Of a stretch of DNA of 64,000 bases, positions 10,793 through 20,138 are shown in pieces. Numbering within the stretch: position 1 is the stretch's first letter; the number at the start of each line of letters is the position of its first letter. The notes beneath the pieces are model-generated. The model saw nothing but the letters and a program-made list of their open reading frames with translations, was not told the origin of the DNA and did not search any database. Source of the stretch: an uncultured bacterium (GTDB lineage: Bacteria > Verrucomicrobiota > Kiritimatiellia > CAIKKV01); contig CALHRZ010000017.1 in NCBI GenBank assembly GCA_938038445.1, forward strand, positions 12,065 to 76,064, written 5' to 3'. The translations under genes were made by a program, and so were the position numbers.

Positions 10793-11597
10793 GGATCCTC
10801 CTAGCCTCTTCCCAAAGAGAGGGAAGGCGCTCAAATGGTAGGGAATTTTCTCGGTCCGACAGCGCCTTCTCAGGCGTCAAATAGGTTTCAAGAAAGAGGG
10901 CATCGCAGGCACCCGTGGCCACTGCAGCACGGGCCAGCGCCGGCGCCCATCGCCCATCTCCCCCCGAATGATCACCCGCTCCACCCGGCCGTTGCACACT
11001 GTGCGTTGCGTCGAAAATAACCGGATAGCCCAGGTCACGAAGCACAAGCAGGCTCCGCATGTCCGCCACAAGATTATGATAACCGAACGACGCCCCACGC
11101 TCCGTAGCCAGAAGACGGCGGTTGCCGGCGCTCTCGGCTTTTGCAAAGACCGCCGCCATATCCTCCGGCGCGAGAAATTGCCCTTTCTTAACGTTCACCA
11201 CCCGGCCCGTTTTCGCCGCAGCCACAATCAGATCGGTCTGCCGGCAAAGAAAAGCAGGAATCTGAAGAATATCGGCAACCGCAGCCGCAGCTTCCACGTG
11301 AATGGTTTCGTGAACATCCGTCAAAATCGGCACGCCGAATCGTGCCTTAACCTCCGCAAGAATCGCCAAGCCTTGCTCAAGTCCCGGCCCGCGAAACGAA
11401 GCGCCCGACGTCCGATTGGCTTTGTCATAACTGGCCTTGAAAATAAGAGGAACCCCCGCGCGACGGGCCCAATCCGTCAACGCCTGCGCCAATTCCAGAC
11501 AATCCTCCCGGCTGGAGATGACACACGGCCCCGCCACAAGCGCCAAAGGCCGGCCTTTCCCGATTTCAATTGCACCGATCCGAACGGTGAGCATCAC
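10773..11597 (-). CDS. kdsA: KDO 8-phosphate synthase
   Basis: AGPCVI, KASYDKANRTS, QIPAFLCRQTDL, KKGQFL, FDATHSVQ. Confidence 0.97.
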   Translation of the reverse strand: MMLTVRIGAIEIGKGRPLALVAGPCVISSREDCLELAQALTDWARRAGVPLIFKASYDKANRTSGASFRGPGLEQGLAILAEVKARFGVPILTDVHETIHVEAAAAVADILQIPAFLCRQTDLIVAAAKTGRVVNVKKGQFLAPEDMAAVFAKAESAGNRRLLATERGASFGYHNLVADMRSLLVLRDLGYPVIFDATHSVQRPGGAGDHSGGDGRWAPALARAAVATGACDALFLETYLTPEKALSDRENSLPFERLPSLWEEARRIHAIVAG

Positions 11598-12349
11598 ACA
11601 GCCTCCATCGCATTCGGCGCCCCCAACCGCGAGAAAACCTCTTCTGCGGCACAGAGATCTTCCGGCGTGTCGACTCCCAATCCCCTGTAAACGGTTTCCA
11701 GCACCAAAATTCGTCCGCCTGCATGGAGAGCGCGGAGTTGCTCCAGTTTTTCCGCCTGTTCCAGCGCACAGGGGGGAAGACGCACCAGCTGCATCAGAAA
11801 CGGCCGGCGATAGGCATAAATCCCGATGTGCCGCCAGCGGACAAAAGCGCCCGTTCCTTCCCGCTCATACGGAATGGGGAGGCGTGAAAAATACAACGCC
11901 CCGCCGTCCGCCCGGCATACGACTTTAACCACGTTCGGCGACTGGGTCTCTTCGGCCGTTCGAATGGGACAAGCCGCCGTCGCCATATCCCACTCCCCAT
12001 CGCCAAGAAGACGCTCCGCGAGTTCGTCAATCAACCGAGGTTCCACAAACGGTTCGTCCCCTTGGATGTTGACCACCACGTCGGCATCCATTTCCGCCAC
12101 GACCTCGGCCGCCCGATCCGTCCCGCTCGGATGATCGGAACGGGTCATCACAACCCGCCCGCCAAAGGCTCTCACAGCCTTCGCAATCCGCTCATCATCC
12201 GTCGCCACCGCCAGCCAGTCGAGCCGATGAGCGGTGGAGCACCGCTCCCAAACCCACTGAATAAGCGGTTTCCCTCCCAGCCGCGCAAGGGCTTTGCCGG
12301 GAAAACGTGTAGAACCCCATCGGGCCGGAATAACGCCAACCGCCCTCAC
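11594..12349 (-). CDS. kdsB: CMP-KDO synthetase
   Basis: IPARWGSTRFPGK, SGTDR, NIQGDEP, HIGIYAY, LEQLRAL. Confidence 0.97.
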   Translation of the reverse strand: MRAVGVIPARWGSTRFPGKALARLGGKPLIQWVWERCSTAHRLDWLAVATDDERIAKAVRAFGGRVVMTRSDHPSGTDRAAEVVAEMDADVVVNIQGDEPFVEPRLIDELAERLLGDGEWDMATAACPIRTAEETQSPNVVKVVCRADGGALYFSRLPIPYEREGTGAFVRWRHIGIYAYRRPFLMQLVRLPPCALEQAEKLEQLRALHAGGRILVLETVYRGLGVDTPEDLCAAEEVFSRLGAPNAMEAV

Positions 12350-13365
12350 GACACTCCCCCCTGGTCGTTTCGAATGGTCAAAAGCAATTCCTCAGGCGAA
12401 CAGGAAGCCGTGCCCAGTTTCCCGACCACGACACCCGCCGCATGATTGCCAAGGGAAGCGGCTTCCAAAGCCGTCGCTCCGGCGGACCGGGCCAGAAGGC
12501 AGGTGGCAATCACCGTATCCCCCGCCCCGCTTACGTCAAAAACCTCCCGCGCCCGCGTCGGCAAATGGATCAGAGGCCGCCGTTGTTCGGCAATCACCAT
12601 CCCTTTGGGACCCAGCGTCACGACCAGCGCCTCGGTCTGCCATTTGGCCTTCAAAATCCGTACCGCATGCGCCAGCTCCCGATCCTTTAAGGGATCCTCT
12701 ACTTCCGAGCGCGGCGGAAGCCCCGCGCAGACATGGGCCTCACGACAGTTCGGTGTCGCCAGCGTCACCGGGCGAACCCGTAGGTCGCGATCTTCCTTGG
12801 GATCATAGCCCGTGGGTATGCGAAGGAGTTCAGCCGCGTGCAACAGGGCATCAACAACGGGTTGACGAATCGCTCCCTTGCCGTAGTCCTCAAGGATAGC
12901 CCCCGTGCAACCCCGAATTGCCTTCGAAAGACGGGAGGCCAGCCGTTCGAGATCTTCCCGTCGAACCGGCTGATCGTGCTCCTGGTCGACCCGAACCACC
13001 TGCTGCCGCTCGGCAATGATCCGCGTTTTTTCCGTCGTACACCGATCCCGCAGACGGATGACGCCCGCCGTGGAAAGCCCGCGGCACTCCAGAAGTTCCA
13101 ACAGTTCGTCACCGGCCTTATCGCACCCCACAAAGCCTGCGACAACCGCCTCCCCTCCCAACGCCCGGATGTTCACGGCCACATTCGCCGCCCCGCCCGG
13201 CATGATCGAGACTTCGGCAACGCGTACGATAGGAACCGGCGCCTCCGGGGAAAGCCGTTCCGCATGTCCCCGAATATAGCGATCCAACATCAGGTCACCC
13301 AATACCAAAATCCGTTGACGGGAAAAACAACGCACCAACGCTTCCGCCCGTGCCCGCTCAATCAT
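12346..13365 (-). CDS. Heptose-7-phosphate kinase (RfaE/HldE kinase domain only)
   Basis: GDLMLDRY, RLSPEAPVP, GGAANVA, DYGKG, VFDVSGAGDTV; no adenylyltransferase domain. Confidence 0.92.
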   Translation of the reverse strand: MIERARAEALVRCFSRQRILVLGDLMLDRYIRGHAERLSPEAPVPIVRVAEVSIMPGGAANVAVNIRALGGEAVVAGFVGCDKAGDELLELLECRGLSTAGVIRLRDRCTTEKTRIIAERQQVVRVDQEHDQPVRREDLERLASRLSKAIRGCTGAILEDYGKGAIRQPVVDALLHAAELLRIPTGYDPKEDRDLRVRPVTLATPNCREAHVCAGLPPRSEVEDPLKDRELAHAVRILKAKWQTEALVVTLGPKGMVIAEQRRPLIHLPTRAREVFDVSGAGDTVIATCLLARSAGATALEAASLGNHAAGVVVGKLGTASCSPEELLLTIRNDQGGVS

Positions 13366-14119
13366 GACGATCGTCCTCCTCCGGTCGGCGTTCCACCCCG
13401 GCCAGCCGAATGATTCGTCCATCCATCCATAGCCATTCCCGCGGGAAAACACGGGGAATTGCTCTCAGACCGGTCCCAACAACCGAATCAAGCTTCCAGT
13501 ATATCGCGTCGTGAGCCGGAATGTCCAGACGACACGCCACTCCCCGAATCTTATCAACCCGCCAACGGACTCGCCCTCCCATGTCCATGCTTTCGATCGC
13601 CCCTTCCCGCACTTCCCATCGGCCGGAAGGGATGGGACCTGAAAGGGATTCTTCGATCTCCTCCCAGTGTTCGGCCTTCTCAAGACCGCGCAACCCCTCA
13701 AAGAACGCTCCTCCCCGACCGTCCAACCGAAGCACCGGACGAACTAAAATCCGCTGCGTCCCAATCCGGGGGCGCCACCGAAACCGAACTTCCGGGATCT
13801 GGAGAATCGCCGATCCCCCCTCGGATATTCCCACGTGAACCCCGTGGAAGACTAAATCGCCGTTGAAGGAAAGCCGGCTGGAACCAATATGCGGGCGAAC
13901 ACCCAGCGTCTCGGACCACCGATCCGCAATCAGTTCACGGAAACCCGCTGTGCGGGCAGCAATGAAGAAGAATACCCCCAGAATCACCCCCAGCAAAAGC
14001 ACGACTCCCATGCCTCGAATTCCCCGATAACCCTCGGGGCCCTTTTCGCCATTCGCCGCCTGTCCCTCCTCCAGCGGCCATTCCGAAGTCCGCTCGTCGA
14101 ATCGCCCCCGAAGCGTCAT
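13358..14119 (-). CDS. Hypothetical single-TM membrane-anchored protein
   Basis: Fills the operon with overlaps at both ends (ATGA with yggS); one TM helix followed by a beta-rich region loosely AsmA-like. Confidence 0.6.
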   Translation of the reverse strand: MTLRGRFDERTSEWPLEEGQAANGEKGPEGYRGIRGMGVVLLLGVILGVFFFIAARTAGFRELIADRWSETLGVRPHIGSSRLSFNGDLVFHGVHVGISEGGSAILQIPEVRFRWRPRIGTQRILVRPVLRLDGRGGAFFEGLRGLEKAEHWEEIEESLSGPIPSGRWEVREGAIESMDMGGRVRWRVDKIRGVACRLDIPAHDAIYWKLDSVVGTGLRAIPRVFPREWLWMDGRIIRLAGVERRPEEDDRHD

Positions 14120-14844
14120 GCCGTCTCCTCCTCTACCGTCCGTCGGGAGCCGAAAAGGGCGGTGCCTACCCGAATCCAGGTGGCGCCTTCTTCGATCGCC
14201 GTCTCAAAATCGTGGGACATTCCCATGGAAAGCTCCGGCAAAGGCGTTCCCGTGGCCGCTTCCGTTTCGTCCCGCAACTGTCTCAGAAGCCGGAAATAGG
14301 GGCGGACCTCTTCGGGGTCGGGGCGAAAAGGAGGAATGGCCATCAGACCCATCACTTCGAGATGGGGGCACGCGTTGGCCGCTCGAACCGCTTCGGAAAC
14401 CTGAGACGGTGCAAACCCAAATTTAGAAGCTTCTCCCGCCACGTTGACCTCAAGTAGAATCCGCATCCGCCGGCCGGCACGGTCACATGCGCTCTCCAGC
14501 GTCCCCATCAGAGAAAGCGAATCCACCGAGTGAATCCACACAAACAGAGGCACCGCCGGCCGAACTTTGTTGGTCTGTAGATGGCCGATCAAATGCCACT
14601 CCACCCCCCCCGGACAGAGTGGAATCTTGCGTCGGGCTTCCTGCACGCGATTTTCCCCAAAGGCCTTTATGCCTGCGGCAACCGCCTCACGGATGCGGTC
14701 AGGTTCCACCGTTTTCGTCACGGGAAGAAGTCGAACGCTTTCCGGCGGCCGATTCGCACGCGCACACGCGCGCCGCATCCGCTCGCGTACCCTCGCAAGC
14801 CGCTGTTCAAATGTGTCCGTCACGCCGCATGCCTCGTCCCCCAT
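14116..14844 (-). CDS. yggS: PLP homeostasis protein YggS
   Basis: LLPVTK, FGENRVQE, WHLIGHLQTNK, LSMGMSHDF, IRVGTALFG. Confidence 0.95.
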   Translation of the reverse strand: MGDEACGVTDTFEQRLARVRERMRRACARANRPPESVRLLPVTKTVEPDRIREAVAAGIKAFGENRVQEARRKIPLCPGGVEWHLIGHLQTNKVRPAVPLFVWIHSVDSLSLMGTLESACDRAGRRMRILLEVNVAGEASKFGFAPSQVSEAVRAANACPHLEVMGLMAIPPFRPDPEEVRPYFRLLRQLRDETEAATGTPLPELSMGMSHDFETAIEEGATWIRVGTALFGSRRTVEEETA

Positions 14845-14860
14845 GGCTCCCTCCAAACTT

Positions 14861-15463
14861 TCAGAGTTCCTGACGCCCCTGAAGCGCCCGCGCCAGCGTC
14901 AAGGGGTCGGCATACATCAAACCGCTCCCGGCCGGAAGCCCCATCGCCAAGCGGGTGACCCGAATGGGAAACGCCCGTAACTGTTCCCGAATATAGGCGC
15001 AGGTTGCTTCGCTCTCCACATCGGTGTTCAACGCAAGAAGGATCTCCCGAACCGATCCATCTTGCGCACGTTGAATCAGACGGTCGAGCCGGAGATCGGC
15101 AGGACCCATGTTGCCGGCGGCGGAAAGCTTTCCCCCAAGGGCATGGTAGCGGCCATGAAAAACCCCGGTCTTCTCAATCAGTGCGATATCACCGGCATCC
15201 TCCACCACGCATAACAGGCTCGCGTCTCGACGCGCATCCGAACAGAGCGCGCAGGGGTCCTGGCCGCGCGTCGTCAACCCCCCGCAAAGCGAACACACCC
15301 TGGCCTGTTCGGCCACTTTCGCAAGCGCTTCCTGCAGCCCCCTTAACAGACCCTCCGGATCACGCGCCAACCGCCAGGCCATCCGTTCGGCTGTCCGACG
15401 GCCCACCCCCGGCAGCCGCGCGAGCTGCGCCGACAAATGAGCCAGACATTCCTCCGCCTTCAT
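14861..15463 (-). CDS. recR: Recombination protein RecR
   Basis: LPGVGRRTAER HhH, C4 zinc finger, CVVE, Toprim domain. Confidence 0.96.
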   Translation of the reverse strand: MKAEECLAHLSAQLARLPGVGRRTAERMAWRLARDPEGLLRGLQEALAKVAEQARVCSLCGGLTTRGQDPCALCSDARRDASLLCVVEDAGDIALIEKTGVFHGRYHALGGKLSAAGNMGPADLRLDRLIQRAQDGSVREILLALNTDVESEATCAYIREQLRAFPIRVTRLAMGLPAGSGLMYADPLTLARALQGRQEL

Positions 15464-15778
15464 TTAGGGACCCATTCCAGGAATCGGAAGACCCGCCGTA
15501 ACCTGACTCATCGCCGCTTGAACCATCGCCCGCGCCTCGGTCAAAGCCCCATTGACCGCCGCAACCACACTATCCTCCAGCATCTCCACATCGCCGGCCG
15601 TCACGGCCCGCGGATCAATTTTCAGAGCCGCTAAAGTTCCATCGCCACGGGCGGTGGCCGTGACCATCCCCCCACCGACCGAATGGGACACGGTCTTTTC
15701 ACTCATCTCCTTCTGAACCCGCTCGATCTCCTTCTGCATCGAAGCAGCCTGTTTCATCAGTTTCATCAGATTTTTCAT
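15464..15778 (-). CDS. ybaB: Nucleoid-associated protein YbaB/EbfC
   Basis: MKLMKQA..MQ, GGGMVT, EMLEDSVVAAVN; between dnaX and recR. Confidence 0.93.
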   Translation of the reverse strand: MKNLMKLMKQAASMQKEIERVQKEMSEKTVSHSVGGGMVTATARGDGTLAALKIDPRAVTAGDVEMLEDSVVAAVNGALTEARAMVQAAMSQVTAGLPIPGMGP

Positions 15779-17501
15779 GGAGGGACTCCTTGGAGCCGGG
15801 GCGCGACGATCCGCCCGATATGGAACGCACATCGCCTTTGAACAATTCCACCGTCTTTCGAACCAACGGATGGTTCAAGAGATCCTGCCGGGAGTAGGCC
15901 GGAACCGCAACGGGGGATGCCGGCTCGCTGGGGCGAACGGACGGTTCGGCTGCAGAGGGAAGCGCTGAGTCCTCCTCCTGCACCGTCCATAAAGGTCGAA
16001 CGGGACGACGCAGGACCTCCTGAAGCGCTACCCGAACGGCTTGTTCGAGGCGGGGAAGGCGGTTTAACCGCGCCAGTTGGGAGGCAAAGGCAGGGTCGAA
16101 GGCAATCTCGACCTCATTTCCTTTGACGCCGATCGGGCGTCCGTGCAGGAGAATCTCACGAACAGTCGGAGCGCGGCGGGCCGCAACCTCGATCAGATCC
16201 GTCCACTGGTTGCGAAGACGCTCCAAGTCTGCCGGAATTTCGAGAGGCGCATCGGTCGTTTCAGAAGGTTCAGCAGCCCGGATCGCGTACGCCGATTCGA
16301 TCGCCCGTTTTTCGGCCACTTGGCCGTTCTCGACAGCAGAACCTCCTCCTCCCTCAATCCGATTTTTCAACTCCTGCAGGCGGACGAGGATATCGTCGAG
16401 CGAGACCGCCGTGGCCCTTCGGGCGCATCGAAGCAGAGTCGTCTCAAGAAGCGTAACGGGAGAAAGCGCATACCGCATCCGACTTTCTGCCTGGCTCAGC
16501 CATTCGATCATCGTGAGGAGATGGTCCGGAGATGTCTGTTCCGCCCATTTTCGGACAACGGCCAGTTCATCATCCGTCAATTCCAGCACCCCTTCCGCCT
16601 TAGACGTCGAGGCAAGAACCAGCACATTCCGCAATCGTTCGATCAGTTCCACGGTCAACCGGTGAATGTCTTTTCCCGCTTCATCCAGTTCATGAACCAG
16701 GCGAACCACCTCGGAAAGATCCCCAGTAAGAATGGCCTCGACCAAACGATCCAGCCTCGCGCGTGCGACCAGCCCGAAAATACCGAGAACGTTCTCCTCC
16801 TCGATGGCGCGGCCGCAAAATGCGATCAACTGGTCGAGCGCGGATTCAGCGTCCCGCAGACCGCCTTCCGCCCCCCGGGCTATCGCCAGGAGGGCATCCG
16901 GTGTCACCTGCACCCCTTCGGCTTCCGCGATTTTTCGGAGTTGGGCCACGATCTCTTTTACCCCGATCCGGCGCAGATCAAACCGCTGACATCGGGAAAC
17001 GATCGTGGCGGGAACTTTGTGGGGTTCCGTGGTGGCAAAGACAAATTTGACGTGTGCGGGCGGTTCCTCCAGCGTCTTGAGCAGCGCGTTGAAGGAACCG
17101 GTCGACAGCATATGGACTTCGTCCACGATGTAGATCTTGAATCGGCAACGCGCTGGAGCGAAGGGAACATGGTCCAGAATGATCTCACGGACTTTCTCCA
17201 CTTGCGTGTTCGATGCCGCGTCGAATTCGATCACATCCAGGCAGGCGCCCGCAGCAATCTCCCGACAGGGGGCGCAGACGCCGCAAGGCGTGACCGTTGG
17301 CCCCTTTTCGCAATTCAGCGCTTTGGCAACAACCCGAGCCAGCGAAGTCTTTCCTACGCCTCGGGGTCCGACAAACAGATACGCATGAGCAACGCGTCCG
17401 GTTGCGATGGCATTTTTCAGGGTCTCCGTGACGGGGCGTTGCCCGATCACTTCATCAAATTGCTGGGGTCGCCACTTGCGCGCCAGGACTTCGTACGCCA
17501 T
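15699..17501 (-). CDS. dnaX: DNA polymerase III subunit gamma/tau
   Basis: LARKWRPQQF, GPRGVGKTS, zinc module, DEVHMLS, LLKTLEEPP, SRCQRF. Confidence 0.97.
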   Translation of the reverse strand: MAYEVLARKWRPQQFDEVIGQRPVTETLKNAIATGRVAHAYLFVGPRGVGKTSLARVVAKALNCEKGPTVTPCGVCAPCREIAAGACLDVIEFDAASNTQVEKVREIILDHVPFAPARCRFKIYIVDEVHMLSTGSFNALLKTLEEPPAHVKFVFATTEPHKVPATIVSRCQRFDLRRIGVKEIVAQLRKIAEAEGVQVTPDALLAIARGAEGGLRDAESALDQLIAFCGRAIEEENVLGIFGLVARARLDRLVEAILTGDLSEVVRLVHELDEAGKDIHRLTVELIERLRNVLVLASTSKAEGVLELTDDELAVVRKWAEQTSPDHLLTMIEWLSQAESRMRYALSPVTLLETTLLRCARRATAVSLDDILVRLQELKNRIEGGGGSAVENGQVAEKRAIESAYAIRAAEPSETTDAPLEIPADLERLRNQWTDLIEVAARRAPTVREILLHGRPIGVKGNEVEIAFDPAFASQLARLNRLPRLEQAVRVALQEVLRRPVRPLWTVQEEDSALPSAAEPSVRPSEPASPVAVPAYSRQDLLNHPLVRKTVELFKGDVRSISGGSSRPGSKESLHEKSDETDETGCFDAEGDRAGSEGDE

Positions 17502-17541
17502 GATTACGCTTTGGGTTCTTCCATCGTTCAAGTTTTCCCGT

Positions 17542-17657
17542 CCGTTCCGACGCCCAGGGGGTTCCCGGCTCCGCCGGACCTGCCTGCCGTTGCTCCCTTC
17601 CGGGCCTGGCGGGGTTCGGAAGGCCGTACGGCCCGAAAGTCCCGGGCGCCGGAACGG
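17542..17657 (-). ncRNA. ffs: Small signal recognition particle RNA (4.5S)
   Basis: Minus strand has the helix-8 motif AACCCCGCCAGGCCCGGAAGGGAGCAACGG, closed by a terminal stem CCGTTCCGGCGCCCGGG/CCTGGGCGTCGGAACGG; usual position upstream of dnaX. Confidence 0.92.
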
Positions 17658-17683
17658 ACTGGAAAACTCGTTCGTTATTCGGT

Positions 17684-17712
17684 ACTGTAACGGGCCGATG
17701 AAGAACAATCAA
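17684..17712 (-). promoter_or_regulatory. Putative sigma70 promoter for ffs-dnaX
   Basis: TTGATT-N17-TACAGT on the minus strand, about 25 nt upstream of the SRP stem. Confidence 0.5.
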
Positions 17713-18210
17713 GAGAATACACCCGAACTGCCGGACCCCTCCTCTCTCGTGCGCTTCATGCAAATGGCCCTGCAGGAGGCCAAGGCGGCAGCGGAAGAAG
17801 GCGAGGTGCCGTGCGGCGCAGTGATCGTTTGGAGTGGCCGCATCATTGGACGTGCCCATAATCAAGTGGAAACCCTGCGCGACCCCACGGCACATGCCGA
17901 AATACTGGCCATCACGCAGGCCGCAGGAGCGATCGGTGACTGGCGGCTGGACGGGGCAGATCTTTACGTCACCAAAGAACCCTGTCCCATGTGTGCAGGC
18001 GCTCTCGTGCTCGCGCGCGTCCGACGGTTGATCTTCGGCGTGCGAGATCCGGTCCGCGGAGGAGCAGGGTCGGTATTTCCCATCGTGTCGCATCCGTCCT
18101 CCCCGCACCGACTGGAGATTTTGGAAGGCATCCTCGAAGCCGAATGCAAAGCAATCCTTCAGACCTTTTTCCGCCGCCGCCGCCAGGAAGAAAACGAAAG
18201 GCCCTCTTAG
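17698..18210 (+). CDS. tadA: tRNA adenosine deaminase
   Basis: GEVPCGAV, DPTAHAE, EPCPMCAGA; the start could instead be the Met at 17758. Confidence 0.93.
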   Translation: MKNNQENTPELPDPSSLVRFMQMALQEAKAAAEEGEVPCGAVIVWSGRIIGRAHNQVETLRDPTAHAEILAITQAAGAIGDWRLDGADLYVTKEPCPMCAGALVLARVRRLIFGVRDPVRGGAGSVFPIVSHPSSPHRLEILEGILEAECKAILQTFFRRRRQEENERPS

Positions 18211-19700
18211 CCGAACCGAATGACAAACTCCTCCTCTTTCGAGGGTTCGGGCGGTTTCTCTTCAACCTTAATCGGCTGATAGGTCGGAAGAAACCGATAG
18301 TAAACGGTCAACATGAGGCAGTTGAGCGCCGTGCAATACACCGGACCGAAGATCGCTTCCGATGAGGCCGGGGCCGGCCCCCAGCTCCCATCAGGATTTT
18401 GCATCGCACAAAGGGTAGGCGCAAATTGACGGTTCCAGGTGACCCATGTCGTCCCGCCCTGATGAAACCGAGCCTGCGTCACGTAATACCAGGAATAGAT
18501 GGGCCAGGCTCCCATCTGCCGCAAATCGAGATTCGGCGTGGCCGGATCGGTTTTGGTCCAACGAAACGGCACGTTCTGAAGCGCGCGCACCCCCGCCCGG
18601 GCTTCCGCATCCATCGCATGCCCCGTCAACTGCATGCACAGAACCGCCACACCGGTCATAGGAACATTGGGCGCCGCATGCCGTTCCCGCGTGCTGTACC
18701 GGAAAAAACCGGAACTGTTGTCAAACAACACCGTCAATCCGCGTATGCCCGTATCAATGGCCGCCCGCAAACCCCGATTTTCCGCTCCCGCATTCAAAGC
18801 GGCTTCCAATGCCTGAAGATGCCAGCCCGCTAGAGAAACGTCCATATGAGCCTCGGGCCCCCGCGCATACCCATAGTCCCAACTGCCCCCCTCATGTTGC
18901 CCATCGAGAATCACCTGAACGGCATCTTCCATCGCGATGCGTAGGTAGGGAATCCCGGTCAGCGCGTAAGCCTCGCTGATCGCATACGTCGCGATGGCAT
19001 GCTCGTAACAGTGAATCTGAGACGGCGCCTGAGCGGGACCCCACTGCGGCCCGCCGGAACGGAACCACCCGTCCTTCTGAAGCCGCAGCAGATAGCGGAG
19101 CCCCCGTCGAATCGCATCGCCAAATTCCGGCGAAGCCGTCGTCTCGCCATGCGCAAGAAACGCCAGCAGGGCCAATCCCGTCATGCTGGCCCGATAGTGG
19201 GGCCCCCAACTGCCATCCGGATACTGATGATCGCGAAGCCATCGGAGCGCCTTGAGAACCGCAATCTCCGTCCGTTCCCCCAACCCGCCGCTGTACTTGG
19301 CCAGCCCTTCCGCTCGCCCGGCAGCGCTACGCCCCGCGATAATTCCGCGAAACTGAACGGGCGAAACAGACTCGAGCATGTTGAATTCCGAAAGATCCAT
19401 CGCCTCACCCGCCGTCCCCAGGACGTCGACAGCCGGTGGCTCCTGATCAAGACTCACGGTCGGCGGAGTCACCACATCTACAGTCTGGGGGAGATCCTCG
19501 AACTTTTGTAGCTCCTCGGTCAACTTTTCCAACTCCTCCATCGGAGTCGGCTCAATCACAATCGCCTCGATCCCCTCATCGGTTCGAGGACGTTCAAACT
19601 GCACGAAGGTCGCCAACAATAGGAGCACTATCAAGTGAATGACGATGGAACCGGTCGGCCCCCAGAGATTGTCGATAATGCGTCTGACTCTCCAGTCCAT
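18207..19700 (-). CDS. TM-anchored prenyltransferase/squalene-cyclase-repeat (alpha/alpha barrel) protein
   Basis: N-terminal TM with SIVIH, acidic linker, QW-like repeats QYPDGSW, QHEGGSW, QNPDGSW; no DxDD motif. Confidence 0.8.
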   Translation of the reverse strand: MDWRVRRIIDNLWGPTGSIVIHLIVLLLLATFVQFERPRTDEGIEAIVIEPTPMEELEKLTEELQKFEDLPQTVDVVTPPTVSLDQEPPAVDVLGTAGEAMDLSEFNMLESVSPVQFRGIIAGRSAAGRAEGLAKYSGGLGERTEIAVLKALRWLRDHQYPDGSWGPHYRASMTGLALLAFLAHGETTASPEFGDAIRRGLRYLLRLQKDGWFRSGGPQWGPAQAPSQIHCYEHAIATYAISEAYALTGIPYLRIAMEDAVQVILDGQHEGGSWDYGYARGPEAHMDVSLAGWHLQALEAALNAGAENRGLRAAIDTGIRGLTVLFDNSSGFFRYSTRERHAAPNVPMTGVAVLCMQLTGHAMDAEARAGVRALQNVPFRWTKTDPATPNLDLRQMGAWPIYSWYYVTQARFHQGGTTWVTWNRQFAPTLCAMQNPDGSWGPAPASSEAIFGPVYCTALNCLMLTVYYRFLPTYQPIKVEEKPPEPSKEEEFVIRFG

Positions 19701-19712
19701 GCGCGTCCCCCG

Positions 19713-20123
19713 TCAGTTCATGCTCCCTACGGAAATGTTGGTCAATTTGGAGCGGGCGCAAAGATCAAGCACTTCCACCAGTTCCCGGTGCCGCGAATCG
19801 ATCGAACAGAGGATCATAACCGTCTGTTTTGGGTTCAACGCACCCAGTTGGCCCAGAATCTTCGCCAGTCCCGTCATGTCCACTCCGGAACCGTTGATCA
19901 GAACACCGCCTGGAAAAATTTCGATCTTGATCATGGGCGGCGGAGGGGTTTCGCTTTCCTGAGGTTTGGCGGACGGACTGAACACGTCAAGATGAGCAAA
20001 AACATCCACGGGCCGAATGGTCAATACGAAATAGATGAGGAGTTGAAAGACGACGTCAATCATCGGCGTCATCGAAATCTCCCCCGACTCTTCGCTCTTG
20101 CGCCTTTTCCTGAAATCGGCCAT
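19713..20123 (-). CDS. ExbD/TolR family protein
   Basis: ISMTPMIDVVFQLLIYF TM with the conserved Asp, followed by a periplasmic domain. Confidence 0.92.
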   Translation of the reverse strand: MADFRKRRKSEESGEISMTPMIDVVFQLLIYFVLTIRPVDVFAHLDVFSPSAKPQESETPPPPMIKIEIFPGGVLINGSGVDMTGLAKILGQLGALNPKQTVMILCSIDSRHRELVEVLDLCARSKLTNISVGSMN

Positions 20124-20138
20124 TTCCCGTCCTCCCTT

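Noticed and set aside
15699-17501. Programmed frameshift or slippage site in dnaX
   Set aside because: No A-AAA-AAG heptamer or long A run seen on the coding strand by eye.
16077-17690. 537-aa plus-strand ORF
   Set aside because: Antisense shadow of dnaX and ffs with no recognisable motifs; expected at high GC.
18207-19700. Squalene-hopene cyclase or terpene biosynthetic cluster
   Set aside because: Single barrel, no DxDD, TM-anchored, and no hpn genes nearby.
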